This document shows, piece after piece, positions 1-11,700 of a stretch of DNA of 64,000 bases; position 1 is the first letter of the stretch; every line of letters starts with the position of its first letter. Source of the stretch: Lingula anatina (lineage: Eukaryota; Animalia; Brachiopoda); contig CM120640.1 of the NCBI GenBank assembly GCA_051362555.1, forward strand, positions 66,070,788 to 66,134,787, given 5' to 3'. The translations under genes and the position numbers were made by a program. The notes under the pieces were generated by a model. That model was not told the DNA's origin. It ran no database searches and saw only the letters and a list, made by a program, of their open reading frames with translations.

Positions 1-910
1 TCTGACTTCTTTAAGCAGAGTATTGACTTAAAACGATGACAATACACAGTTAAATATTATCTTAACAACAACAACAGCCTTTCCCCCTGCATACTACCTT
101 ACTAACAGCTGAGTCAGAACAAAGTTCTATCAAACTGAGTGGCTCGAAACATTTCATTTTGATTAAATTGTAGCTTTAATTGCCAGGGAGGGAAAATCTT
201 TGCCTTACATTTGCCTCAACAGCATGCAGTTTAACTGAGTGAGGCTGACACAGTTTGACACTTGAAAAAACACTTGCAGGATGTGATTTATTGTAGGGAG
301 GGCAGAAGTTACCACTGATGTGTTTATCTTCACATCTTGAGTCACTTGAATTTCTAATATTTTTGGGGGCTGTAGTGTGTCTGACATACCTGTACTGTTT
401 TTCTTTAATAATCACATTATAGACAGAAATAGAGCGTATATCAAAAGCTTACCTTTAATGTTTGGTACTTGAGTTGATCCTGGAGCAAGAAGTTTCCCGT
501 AGTAGGTAATCCACATGTTGTGGTGTGGAGAGCCACACAGTGGAGAAGTCATTGCACACAGACAGGTAGCAAGGCCAGCAGTGATGTTTGGAGTGGACAA
601 AGAAAGGACAAAAAGGAAAACAAAAGCGAACTTAAAATGTATATAAATGTATTAACAAAAATAATAACTCATTTACACAGTGATCAACTGAGCACTTTCT
701 GCACATGGATACAACTAATACCTAACATTCACTGTCTACAGCATTCACGTGTCTAACTGAGACTAGATTATCAGCTAACTTAGTGGTAAGTACGCATTAC
801 AAAAATGCCAGTAACATACATCTAAGTAAATAAGTGAGAACTGTGATTTAAAAACTGAAACTAAAGCATGACTACATACATAAAACCAAAAATAAACAAC
901 CAAAGATTAC

Positions 911-940
911 CTTAATGAAGAAGCTTTTCACTTTGGGCAT
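911..940 (-). CDS. Probable start-codon exon (MPKVKSFFIK) of an unidentified gene running off the left edge
   Basis: Polypyrimidine acceptor ttttttctgttccgttttag at 971-972, Kozak cccaccATG at 940, donor AAG|GTAATC at 910. Confidence 0.5.
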
Positions 941-3900
941 GGTGGGAGACGAGAAGTGGAGAAAACAAAACTAAAACGGAACAGAAAAAAGCAGCTGTAA
1001 AAAAAACAATACACCACACAACTAACTAGTCTGCCAACCCATGCAAATGTTCTCATAAAACGTTCACTGTCTTGCTCCAGGCTTTCACTCTACAAGTGGC
1101 ACTACCTGTGTGTGAGACTGTCAAACCTGACCGTACTGCTTTCCTATTGGCTGATCCAGTCTCCGTGACCTCCGGCCATTCATGTGTTTACACTGGGTCA
1201 ACCAGCTAAAGCAACTTCTAAACAACGGCACTGTTACTTTTTATGATCTCTCAAAGGGGATTTAAGCTCTTTACCTGAGACTAGAATGTTGTTCTTGGGT
1301 TTTCCTTCTCCTGTTTTCATATCTTATGCCTCAATTCACAAGCATGTCAGCTTCTTTGTGGGTAATTACCAAATGAGTAGGGGGAAAGTATGTTTTGGTT
1401 TCAATGGCCAGGGCTGTGGTGAATCTTTGATGTTCTTACACACAATGCTGCACACTCTGAATTCTATTAGTCATGATTCATTTTTCCTGTAATGAAGGCA
1501 TATGATGCTTATTTAAACCTACACAGAGAAATGAGGATGTACTGCTGTTTAAGTACTGTGTATAATTACCTGTCTAAATTGAGTGTCAGCACATTCAGGT
1601 ATGGGCAGGCGGCAGAATGAAAGCATTCAGGTCCACAATAGCTGTAAGTAGAAGTTCTGATATTGAGGTTTATCTTAAAAACATAAATATTGTATGATAA
1701 CAGAAGAAAATTCTACAGAGGAAAATAAAGAGTTCACCGATTAAGTACTTAAATACTCACATCATCATACCAGACCTTTCTGTATCACTTTTACTATGAA
1801 CCAAGGTGAAACTTCTGTTTCCATTTCAAAATACAGACCTTTTGTGTTCATAATATTATGGTTAAATGCTAGGTATGTCATGATATCCCCAGTACATATT
1901 ACTCAGTCTTTACAGTTGAAACCACAGAATGATGCATACATTATTAATAAGACACCTGGCTTCTGAATGCATTAACTTCTAGTTGATAACTGTCATGTTA
2001 AGAGATAGTTTAAAAGTCACTCTCTCTTTATCATTACCACATCTATTTTTTGATGTTGGAGTTATCTGCTTTAAGCCCAAGCCCCAAAACCCTACGCCTT
2101 ATACAATAAAACATAAATAATCTTACCTTAAGTGTCATCTTGTAAAAGGCAAGATATGTATGTATATTACCCGTGCTTATCTGCCTGTGTAAAAACTGCT
2201 TTCTCAATCAGGTAAGGACACCAGTAGTGTTTTTTTTATATCTAAATGTCTTCCTCTTCCCCTTTCTCTTAGTCTATCAGTCCCAGTGTGTGAATGTTTA
2301 GGCCACTGGTATCATGTTAGTCATAAGTGATTTATATGTGTATCTCTGTATATACACAACAGAGCTCTGATGTTTCAAGCTGTTACTATGGTATGAGAAA
2401 CTGTTTGCTGAAAAGAGGGACAGATTTTTCAAGCATCTTTAAAAAAAAAACTTTACCCAACTTGCTTTTTTAAGTGATTAATCTGTAGTAACTATCTTCT
2501 TTAGATGAAAAAATTGTTTACACAGTATTTTAGGTCAAGCTATCAGGGATTGTATAAGAAAAATGAAAATAAAAAAAAGAAATTGATATTATCCTATATT
2601 GAAACCAAATGTTTTATGTATGAACCAACATGCTATATTTTTTCTGATATTAGGGCAGATAGTTTTGTATTGTTTTAACCTTTTATGAGACCACTTGGTA
2701 GGATTTAAATGATTAATATCAGATTCTATATATCAGATAAATGTCAGGGCTCATTTTTTTTTATAAATGAATAAATGAATGAATGTAATGCAAGTCTAGT
2801 GTTGTGTGTAATACAGCTCATGTCACATTTCAGTGATTTCATCAGACGGTAATTTTATGAGACATTTGTATGGCTGTGGTTGAGGTTTGTATCCCACCTT
2901 CAATCAAGTGGCTTTCATTTCCTCACTGGCTGATTGTCTTGTTGTTTTAGCCTGGAAGTCAAAGTGCAGGAGAGGTGCAGTGTCCAATGTCTTAGTCAAT
3001 GGAGCAGTTGTCTGCTTGTGTTGGCTGTCACTAGGGGAAAATGCTGTTTTTCTTTTCTATTCTTTTTTTAATAACTAGCAACAATAGAAATTATTCCTGA
3101 CGTTTGTCACAAAAGTGCAGGGATAACTGTTCTCTGTCAGGTATGGAGTTAAGAAAAAAAGCCTAGAACACAGTGATACAACTGTGCTTATTGCTGGTCA
3201 ACCCATCTTCTTCATTACCCTCCCAATACTAAATATTAGTGTAAACCAAATCAATGGCAAGTGTTTGTTTTTATCACTGACTCAGGTCTTTGCCTTAGTT
3301 CTTGTCAAAACCAATTATAAAATAAAAGGATTTTTAATAATACAATCCTGACTTCACTTTCCTTCCTCTACCAATTCCCAGTCTAACATCTAACATCTGT
3401 TAGTTAACCACTGCAATGAGTACAAATATAGATGTGAAAACATAACAAAAAGATACACATGAAATTTCTTAGAGCAAAAAGTCTTACCATTTGTCTTTGT
3501 TCTTATATTGCTTGTCTCATTTTACTTCCACAAACCTTAGTATAGCAGTCTTGGCCTTTTTAACTTGACAGAATCAAGTACTCAAGTAGCTGGCCATACG
3601 AGTGGGCGGAGGAACTGTTGAGAATGCTTGTGGTAGCATGTAAACTAAATGGTGTAATGTTCTGTGGGTGGTGTTTTCTCTCATGCTCTGAGTATAAACT
3701 GCTGGCTTTTAAGTTGTGCAAAGTTATAAAACAACCTGTTAGCCATTCCCTGCCATTATTTCACCAGCATGCATATATATATAGCTTTCATTTCAACCAG
3801 ACAACAACTGTACTTTGGAAGGATTTATCAATTAAATGCATTATGAGTTGTCATATTATAATCATGCTTTTTCATGTTAAGTCTGTTGTCTTATTTCCCA

Positions 3901-5057
3901 TAACTCTTTTCTGATCATTGATAAATTGATTTTCTGACAGATACATTTATATTTCTATTTCATTTATATTTATATTTCAAAATTTTGTCAGAAATATAAT
4001 AGGATTTCTCCTCCACACTGCCTATTCCAATGCTGCCATTTTTCCACAGGATTGACTATTATTGACATAATACCACAAGAAATGGAAAATGCATCTCCTC
4101 AACAGTATATTGTACAAACAATCAATATTTTAATCAGTCCACATAACAAACATACCATCATCCATTGCCATTGTGATTCTGAGTATATTTGTATCATTAA
4201 TCTAAAGGTAAAAAAATAAATGAATAAAACTAAGTATATGTCTCCAGTTGTACAGGTATTGAAAATTTTATTTTAACATTCATTTCTAAAGTGAGTCTGT
4301 ATTTTTAAGTATGATTAGTTACTAGTATCATGGAGTCTTAATATAAAGTCATATGTTCCAGGACCCTGGGTGGCTGTCTAGATGAGTCCCATTGCTACAC
4401 ATTGGAAGTGTCCTTCTTCAGCTACCTGACTAATGGGGCCAGTACAGCATTGCCTTACACTGAGGAGGCTTGTATCCTTCTACTGTCTCATTGCCAGAGT
4501 ATTTGTATATAGTGTATTGTTTAGTGTGTGGATGTGCACACATCTGTGCAAATGTGTGTGTGTGTGTGAATTCAAGAACATGGACTATCATCCATCCCAT
4601 CAGTATCTCATGTTCTAAAATTAAAATATCAACCAGTTTCCAATATAAATTGCACCTTTCTACATATTCAGAAAGCTAAAAAAAAAAGTGACATGACTAT
4701 GATCAGTTCTTGTTGAAATAGTTTTGGATTTTTTTTTTACACAGTTACACTATTAACTCCATTTTGAATTAACAAGCATTTTTAAGTGTTTATTCAGAGC
4801 AAGCAGTATGTTCTACACCATTTGGAATATGCTCAAATAAACCCTTTGTAGCTGAAACAAAGGCATTCCAAATATTGTCAGACAATCATAAAATATGTAT
4901 TTTATTTTCCCATGTATTTCCCATAACCATAAAACCTACCGTTATGACATATATTGCTCAAGGGAAAGATGGGAAGGAAACGGTTTATGGGGGTCTCCTG
5001 AGAACTAAAAGTTGGATGTTGTGGAATTAATTCAGGTCCTAGCATTTGGAAACTTTT

Positions 5058-5501
5058 GCCCCAGATTTGTGATTATGAATGCCCAAATTAACATCTCCAT
5101 TGCACAAAGGATTTCGTAGCACAAATGTAAAATTTGCAGCCACAAACACTGCGCTACAAAACACGAACGGCAGGTCCACTTACCTGTTCGGTACATCTAC
5201 GTGCTGGAGATTGTCGAGAGTGCATTTATGCCATATTAATTTGGATAGTAGATTATTTAAGTATGTTGGTTTGATATGTGTTGAGACTTTTTGTTTATTC
5301 TTTGTCTTTCGTCAAAGAAGAAGAAAGAGGAGAAGATGCCACTGTTTTTTGACAAGGAATCTCTGAAAGCTTTAAGGTGCTTTTTCTTGTATGTTTCTCC
5401 ATATTAAAAATAGTCCTGGGCTGGCTAGTAATTACATGTTTGTGCACTGAAATCTTGGTTAGAGTTGTTAATTTGGGCATTCGTGCTCTCAAATCTGAGG
5501 C
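5058..5501. repeat. ~85-bp imperfect inverted repeat (arms 5058-5143 and 5419-5501)
   Basis: Perfect 17-bp core gaatgcccaaattaaca (5077-5093) / tgttaatttgggcattc (5466-5482), plus cagatttg, gatttc and gcacaaa blocks. Confidence 0.85.
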
Positions 5502-6458
5502 AGGTCATAGCAAACAGCAATAATTGTTTGAGGTCTGTAAATTTTTGTAGAATGAGCAAAATTAATTTTTTTTCATTGCTAGGATTTGATTTGGTTTTCC
5601 TTCACCTAGTAGCAAGTTACAGCACCTACTATCACCAGCCTTAGCTGTACTAAGATAAAAATAGAATGATTATTTTTTCTGCAAATTATATTGACCATGA
5701 CCCCAAAAAATGTGTAGAGGTGAATTTCTACATGAACTCCCATAATGAGTTGCTGTTTTCTTTAGAACATTTATAAACAATCCAACACAACACCATCATA
5801 GTGAAGTGATTGTTTCCCCTTAACCCCATTCAAGATATGAAACTTGGGCGTAATCTTGCCCGGACATTCCTAGATTACTATAAACTGACTGGTTTTATCA
5901 GTGCCAAGCCCAGCAGTAGTATAGTGCCCAAACCTGGCCGCCATAGTGCCAAGGACAGAAACAAGGCAGAGAGAGCAGCCTCAGAACCCTTGAGGTACTC
6001 ACAAGAAGAAAGGTAGATATTTTCTCAGGCAGGTACATATAATCTTCCAAAGATTAAAATTTTATGTGAATAGCAGGTCATATGCGACTTGATAAAAAAC
6101 CTGTATTTTGACTTAATAGTGCTCTGAATGCAATGCTCATTTGTTAAAAGATATATTTACATCCTCTTGGCAAAATTCAATCATTTGACAAACCTACTCA
6201 AGCATTATTTTTAAAAAACTTGATGGTAATCTTCCATTCAAAAATAATGAAACTGAAGATTTATTGCTAGATTTGTCTTCAGACATTTCCTTAGAAGATA
6301 ACATCTTGTTTCGAGGTCTGAACTAAATCATCTATCTGTCTGTCATTCCTACTTTTAGTTATGAGCAACAGGAGAGGGGTGCTTATTACACAGCCAGTAA
6401 AGGGACCAGCAATGAGTACGAATCCCCAGCTTCACAACGCCACAGTAGACACAACTGA
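5336..6458 (+). CDS. Putative small spliced gene of unknown function with two ORFs (32 aa and 91 aa)
   Basis: Candidate exons 5336-5376 (aagATG; AG|GTGCTT), 5766-6012 (ttttctttag|...AG|GTAGAT) and 6359-6458 (cctacttttag|). ORF1 MPLFFDKESLKALRTFINNPTQHHHSEVIVSP* stops at 5823; ORF2 MKLGRNLARTFLDYYKLTG...QEES-YEQQERGAYY...RHN* starts at 5837 and is phase-consistent across its intron. No homologue recognised; donors are weak. Confidence 0.35.
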
Positions 6459-8790
6459 CGGTACAAGTTAATGCAAGCTGGTATATTTAAAGACATTGCT
6501 GCCTCTGCCTGGAAGGAACATTCCCTCTTTCTTGGAATCTGTCTGCAATACAGTGAGGTCATGGACCTAATGCAAACTGAGTGTTCACCAATTGGAAAAA
6601 GATCCCTTTTCATTGGCTGAAACAAAAGATCAGACAGTCAGCTATAATTAACTTAAGAGCTATTATCTCAGGGTCAGGTACCTCTGCTGTGGATTTTTTT
6701 TCCCCTTAAATAATGAGCCATTTATCAAATTTTCATCAAGAAGTTGCTATTCTCAGCAAAGAAGACAAAATAGATAACTGAAACATAGTATTCTGTGTAT
6801 AACCTTCACCTTTTAAAGTACCAAACTAAAACAAAAATTTCATCAAAAAGATGTTGACTCTTAACAACAGCATCAAGGTGCAGGATGAAGAGAAAGTCGT
6901 CCACCTTTGAAATGGCAGGTGCAGTGTCATATACCTATATGACTCTTTTGGCACCTGTCACTGGCAACATAATAATAAACCATATTGTAAACAGCAGTAA
7001 TTAAATTTTTTTTTTTGCGTAAATTGATGCCTTACAATGTTAAGAGACACCAAGTTCATCTTTGTCTCTGTAACGGCCATTGCCCCATTTTTGCAATCTG
7101 ATAATGTGTAATGGGTATATTACGGATATCAGTAATTTGTAACTTGGCACTCAGCCACGTCTTGTATGCTAAGATGATATACATGTATTGCGTGATAAAC
7201 CAACTGTATGCAGACACCTTATCTGGTACTGGGGGAAATGACCCATGGGTAAAAGGGACTTATTAAGGCATGCAACATTAAATTAGCTTTAAGTTTGATA
7301 GAAGTTCCATTTTCCGCGGAAAAAAAATCTTGTGCAGTCTTCTAAAATAGGCAGCATTAAGAGTTAAAATTAAAACATTCCTGTCTGGGCTAGCTGTTAC
7401 ATTGTTACTGCACATTACCCAGGATTGAGCTGTCACAGCTGCGAACATTCCAGTTCAATTTGCCATAGTGAGAAAACAAATGCAAAAGGTGGATTCACAG
7501 GACCTTAGCTATATGAAGCCGTCTCCTTGCCGATACTAAAGCAGAGTGAGGTTGAAGGAGGTGTTTGTGTGTTAAAGATTGGTCATATAGCATGAAGAAA
7601 GTTTGACATGCGCCCTGTGGTTTAACTTGGGTAGCGTTACATTCAGTTTGATGAGAAATTTGGTAATGGTGACACAAATGTCCAAGATCAAGTGTCACAT
7701 GTGCAGGAGAGCCATGTCACACTGGTAAATGTAAATGAAGAGTTGCATTTTAGCAGAAACAAAAAAAAAAAAAAAACATTCCAAAATAAATTGGTAAATA
7801 CATTAAGCAAGCAGGTAACTAGACGTTTCTATGTGATCACTGGCAAAGTTTTCTCATTTCATACAGATTCATAAATAGCTTGAAAATCAAAACTGTCTAA
7901 ATAGATGTCAAATTTCTCAGGAAAATAAATTGCACTGTACAATCACTTTGTATCAATGTTGTTGATAGATGTACCTTTCTCTCATGTAAATAAATATAAC
8001 AAATAAAACTACTGAAAAAAAATGGCATGTTCATTTTTTTATTCTATTTTGTTTAAATAACAAAAGACATTTTACGAAAGTTATACATCTCATTTTAATG
8101 AAAAACAGTTACTCAGTAAAATAATTTGCACTTGCACCTTTTTATCTTAACAAAAATAAGTGTCCATTACATTTGTCTTCAATTATCACAATAAAGTACA
8201 TGATGTACACCAAGCACTACCCATTCTGAATTCCTGTAAATGTGATATTCTCTTTGTACTTCAAACAGGTCTAATGCAACCACTAAGTCACAGCATGAAG
8301 ATGTTGTTTTTGGATGGATTCCATAGCAGTTCACCTGTTGTACAAGTTCACTTTTTAACTCCAGCCAAAACCACTCCACTCTGCACATCCCCTTAGGTAA
8401 TGAACCAGCACCTAATGCCATGTCCCATCCTTCCTGTGCTTAAACATTTACATAAATATGTCCTCCAAAGATTAACCTCAGGGTCTGTTTCTCCCTACTA
8501 GTAGGCATTCAATGGAGATGGGAAAATTTCAATGACTAATTGTTCTTGATTCTGACTTGTTTTAGTCTCATTCCATACTGTTGAGCCAATACCTGGTGGA
8601 CTGTTATGCTGAGAAATATTGTCCAAGGTTGTCTTCACCACAACCAGTGATCACTCAGTTAACATATTCAAAGTCACAAGTTTCACATTCGTCATCCATT
8701 GCCCTTTCAAAGACTGTTCTTAAATATCTTTAATGAAATGAAACAAATGCCTATTTTATACATTAGTACCAATCATGTTCATCATGCATG

Positions 8791-11700
8791 TTATGATACT
8801 ATGAGTGGTTGTCTCAGTCCAAAGCTTCCTGTACCCACATCCACCACTCTGCCTACTACCAGACGGGCAGACGGAGACTTCAAATCATCCTTGGAACCTG
8901 TAAACACAAGTAAAGCAATTAAATTTGAAATACCATTCTAAAAGACAAATAACAAAACAAATATTGGACTTTATACCAATGCTTGCATTTATACTTCAAA
9001 ATGAAAGTGAGAAAGTTAGAAAGAAAGTTTGTTAGTGCAATAATCTGACAATCAAAATTTGTGATAAAGCACGTTCTGCTAAAAAGAATCTTGAAATATC
9101 TATTTCACGTTAAGACCACTGCACCCATAAGCCCACAGCAGAAATATATCAGGCCCCCTTCAAGACTCCCACAAAACCTTACCTGAGATGGTGGTTTGTT
9201 TGAGAAAATGCATGGTGGTTTCGAAGCTCATTTTCTGCAATGGCGAGGAGTTGGATTCAATTCCCATTCTATTGAAAGGCTTATAACTTCCTTCAAAGGT
9301 CATATAGTCTGCTATAAGGGAGAGGTGTCGATAGTCAACCTGAATGCCATAGGCAGCAAACACATCTCTGCATTCCTGGAAAGCATTTTTAAAATTTTGC
9401 TTACTATACATGTAACTGGAGTTAAATAGTTTTTCACAATGGCCTACTCTATATATTTTTCAGCTCACCAAAAACCCAGATTTTGAGAGGAGGATGTTAA
9501 TGTAAGTTCCTTATGTTAAGTTACTTACTTTTTATTTGCCAACTTTTTAAAGAGCCAATGAATTGAATATCAGTATCACCTTTAAAATAGCCCTGGCTGC
9601 AGCTTCTATACCATACGTCTCTGCTATAGCATGGATATCATTGGTGTACAGTCTGTCAAGGTCAAGGACACGGTCATACTGGTACATTTCCTAAAATCAA
9701 AGACCAACAATGATGATTTTTAGTAACATCAATCAATTTGATAAACTTAGTCGAACCAGTCTTTTGCTCACTTACAAGTATGAAAATAATCTAGTTCTGG
9801 ACTTGTGATAAAAAAGATGTACATGTGTAAAAATTTCAAGTACCTCCCCACCCACTCTAGCTTGAGAAAAACGAACTCAATAGCACATTGTGTCCACTGC
9901 ACTGGGCACTTATCAAACATGATCTTACCACAATATTAACCCCCTCTGTCCTGAGGTGTGTTCCTTCTTGCCCTGGTGTTTTCACCTCCCCCAGGATTGC
10001 CCTGGTGATCCCCTGAACCTGGTGAACCACTGCTCGCCTGGCCTCACTCTCTATCAGAGAGGCCATGTCAAACCTGGTGTCTGAGAGGGCAAGCTGGAAC
10101 AAGAGAATATATGTCTTTCTGAAGTTACTCATGGACAAACAAGAACTGTATAGATATTTTTTATCTAATCTTAAATAAAATTTAACAAACAAGAGAGATT
10201 TACATGTACATGAAACTAATGTGCCACACAGTGCCTGTATCAAGACTGCATTGATTTGGATATAATCATTTAAAATGGCCAGAATTTTTTACATATAAAA
10301 TCAGAATGTAAAAAAAAATAAGGAGAAATGTGCACAGCTCTCATTTTGACTTCAACTCTGGCAACATGAACAGACAGACGTATAAGGGAATTTTAAAAAT
10401 CTATTCCTAGAATTAAAATTTAGTCTATTATGCAAACTATATTTTAGTATTATCACAAGTTGCTTTTCGAATGTGAAGATATTTTTGTTTTAAATCATCT
10501 TTAATACTAGAGAGAAGTGAAGCACAAAAACCTTAGTTGTGAAAGAATAATCTGGTTTTTGTCTTCTTACCTTGAGTGTGACCTGACACTTCTCTTCACT
10601 GTCTGCATCATAGGTATAACTGTGTACCCACTGGTGACTGCATAACACAGCCTGAAACAGCATACTAGTATTATAAAATATAACTGTGTACTCACTGATG
10701 ACTGCATAACATAGCCTGAAACAGTATATTATATAGTATAACTGTGTACCCACTGGTGACTGCATAACACAGCCTGAAACAGTATATTATATAGTATAGC
10801 TATATGTATCCACTGGTGACTGCATAACATAGCCTGAAACAGTATATTATATAGTATAACTGTGTACCCACTGGTGACTGCATAACATAGCCTGAAACAG
10901 TATACTAGTATTATAAAATATAACTGTGTACCCACTGGTGACTGCATAACATGGCCTGAAACAGTATATTATATAGTATAACTGTGTACCCACTGGTGAC
11001 TGCATAACACAGCCTGGAACAGCATATTATATCGTATAACAGTGTACCCACTGGGGACTATAAGGCACAGCCTGGAACAGTGCAATATATAATTCAGCTT
11101 TTTTAAAAGAAACAAAGTTTACAATCAAGCAATATGACAATTTGATGTCAACAAGAACTTACATTCACTCTAATTTCATCCATTTCCACTTTCCTTTTCT
11201 TCTTTTTACTCTTTTTCTTTGATACTTTGGAAGAGGCAAGTCCAGGTTCTGGAGTCACCGGCCTGGACATGTCTGACTCTGACTGACCGATACTACTGCC
11301 ATCTATAGACCAGTCCTCCTCTTCAAGGTCATCATCTGCAATATGATATATATTAAATCAAAGAAACAAAGATATAGATAAATCATCAATACAATATCTT
11401 ACCACTCCAAAACAAAATGAAAAAAATTTTGTACTTTATACTTTTCACTTTAAAACCTTCACACTGTGCAACTAAAAGTCAAAGAATTTACATTTAATTT
11501 GCTCTGAAAATATGCTTGTCTATCACATACATCCCTCTCCTACGTCATAATAAAAAATGTTATCATCCTCTTTTCATGGTAACTCTCTCTATTATATGCT
11601 GTACCACAATGAATACAAAACCTGATTCTTCCTCCTCTTCCCCAACCTCTTCCTTCTCCTCCTCTTCTCCCTGATAATCTCTCTCCTGCATCTGTCTCTC

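Noticed and set aside
390-415. Minus-strand IIKEKQYR|GTATGT as an exon
   Set aside because: No AG acceptor between it and the donor at 452, and the gap is too short for an intron.
5807-5809. In-frame TGA before ORF 5810-6016 as possible selenocysteine or readthrough
   Set aside because: That frame is closed by TAA at 5774 with no start or matching acceptor in between; no SECIS recognised.
10617-11080. Regularly spaced repeats resembling a CRISPR array
   Set aside because: No unique spacers, unit derives from a POLR1A exon junction, eukaryotic context, no cas genes.
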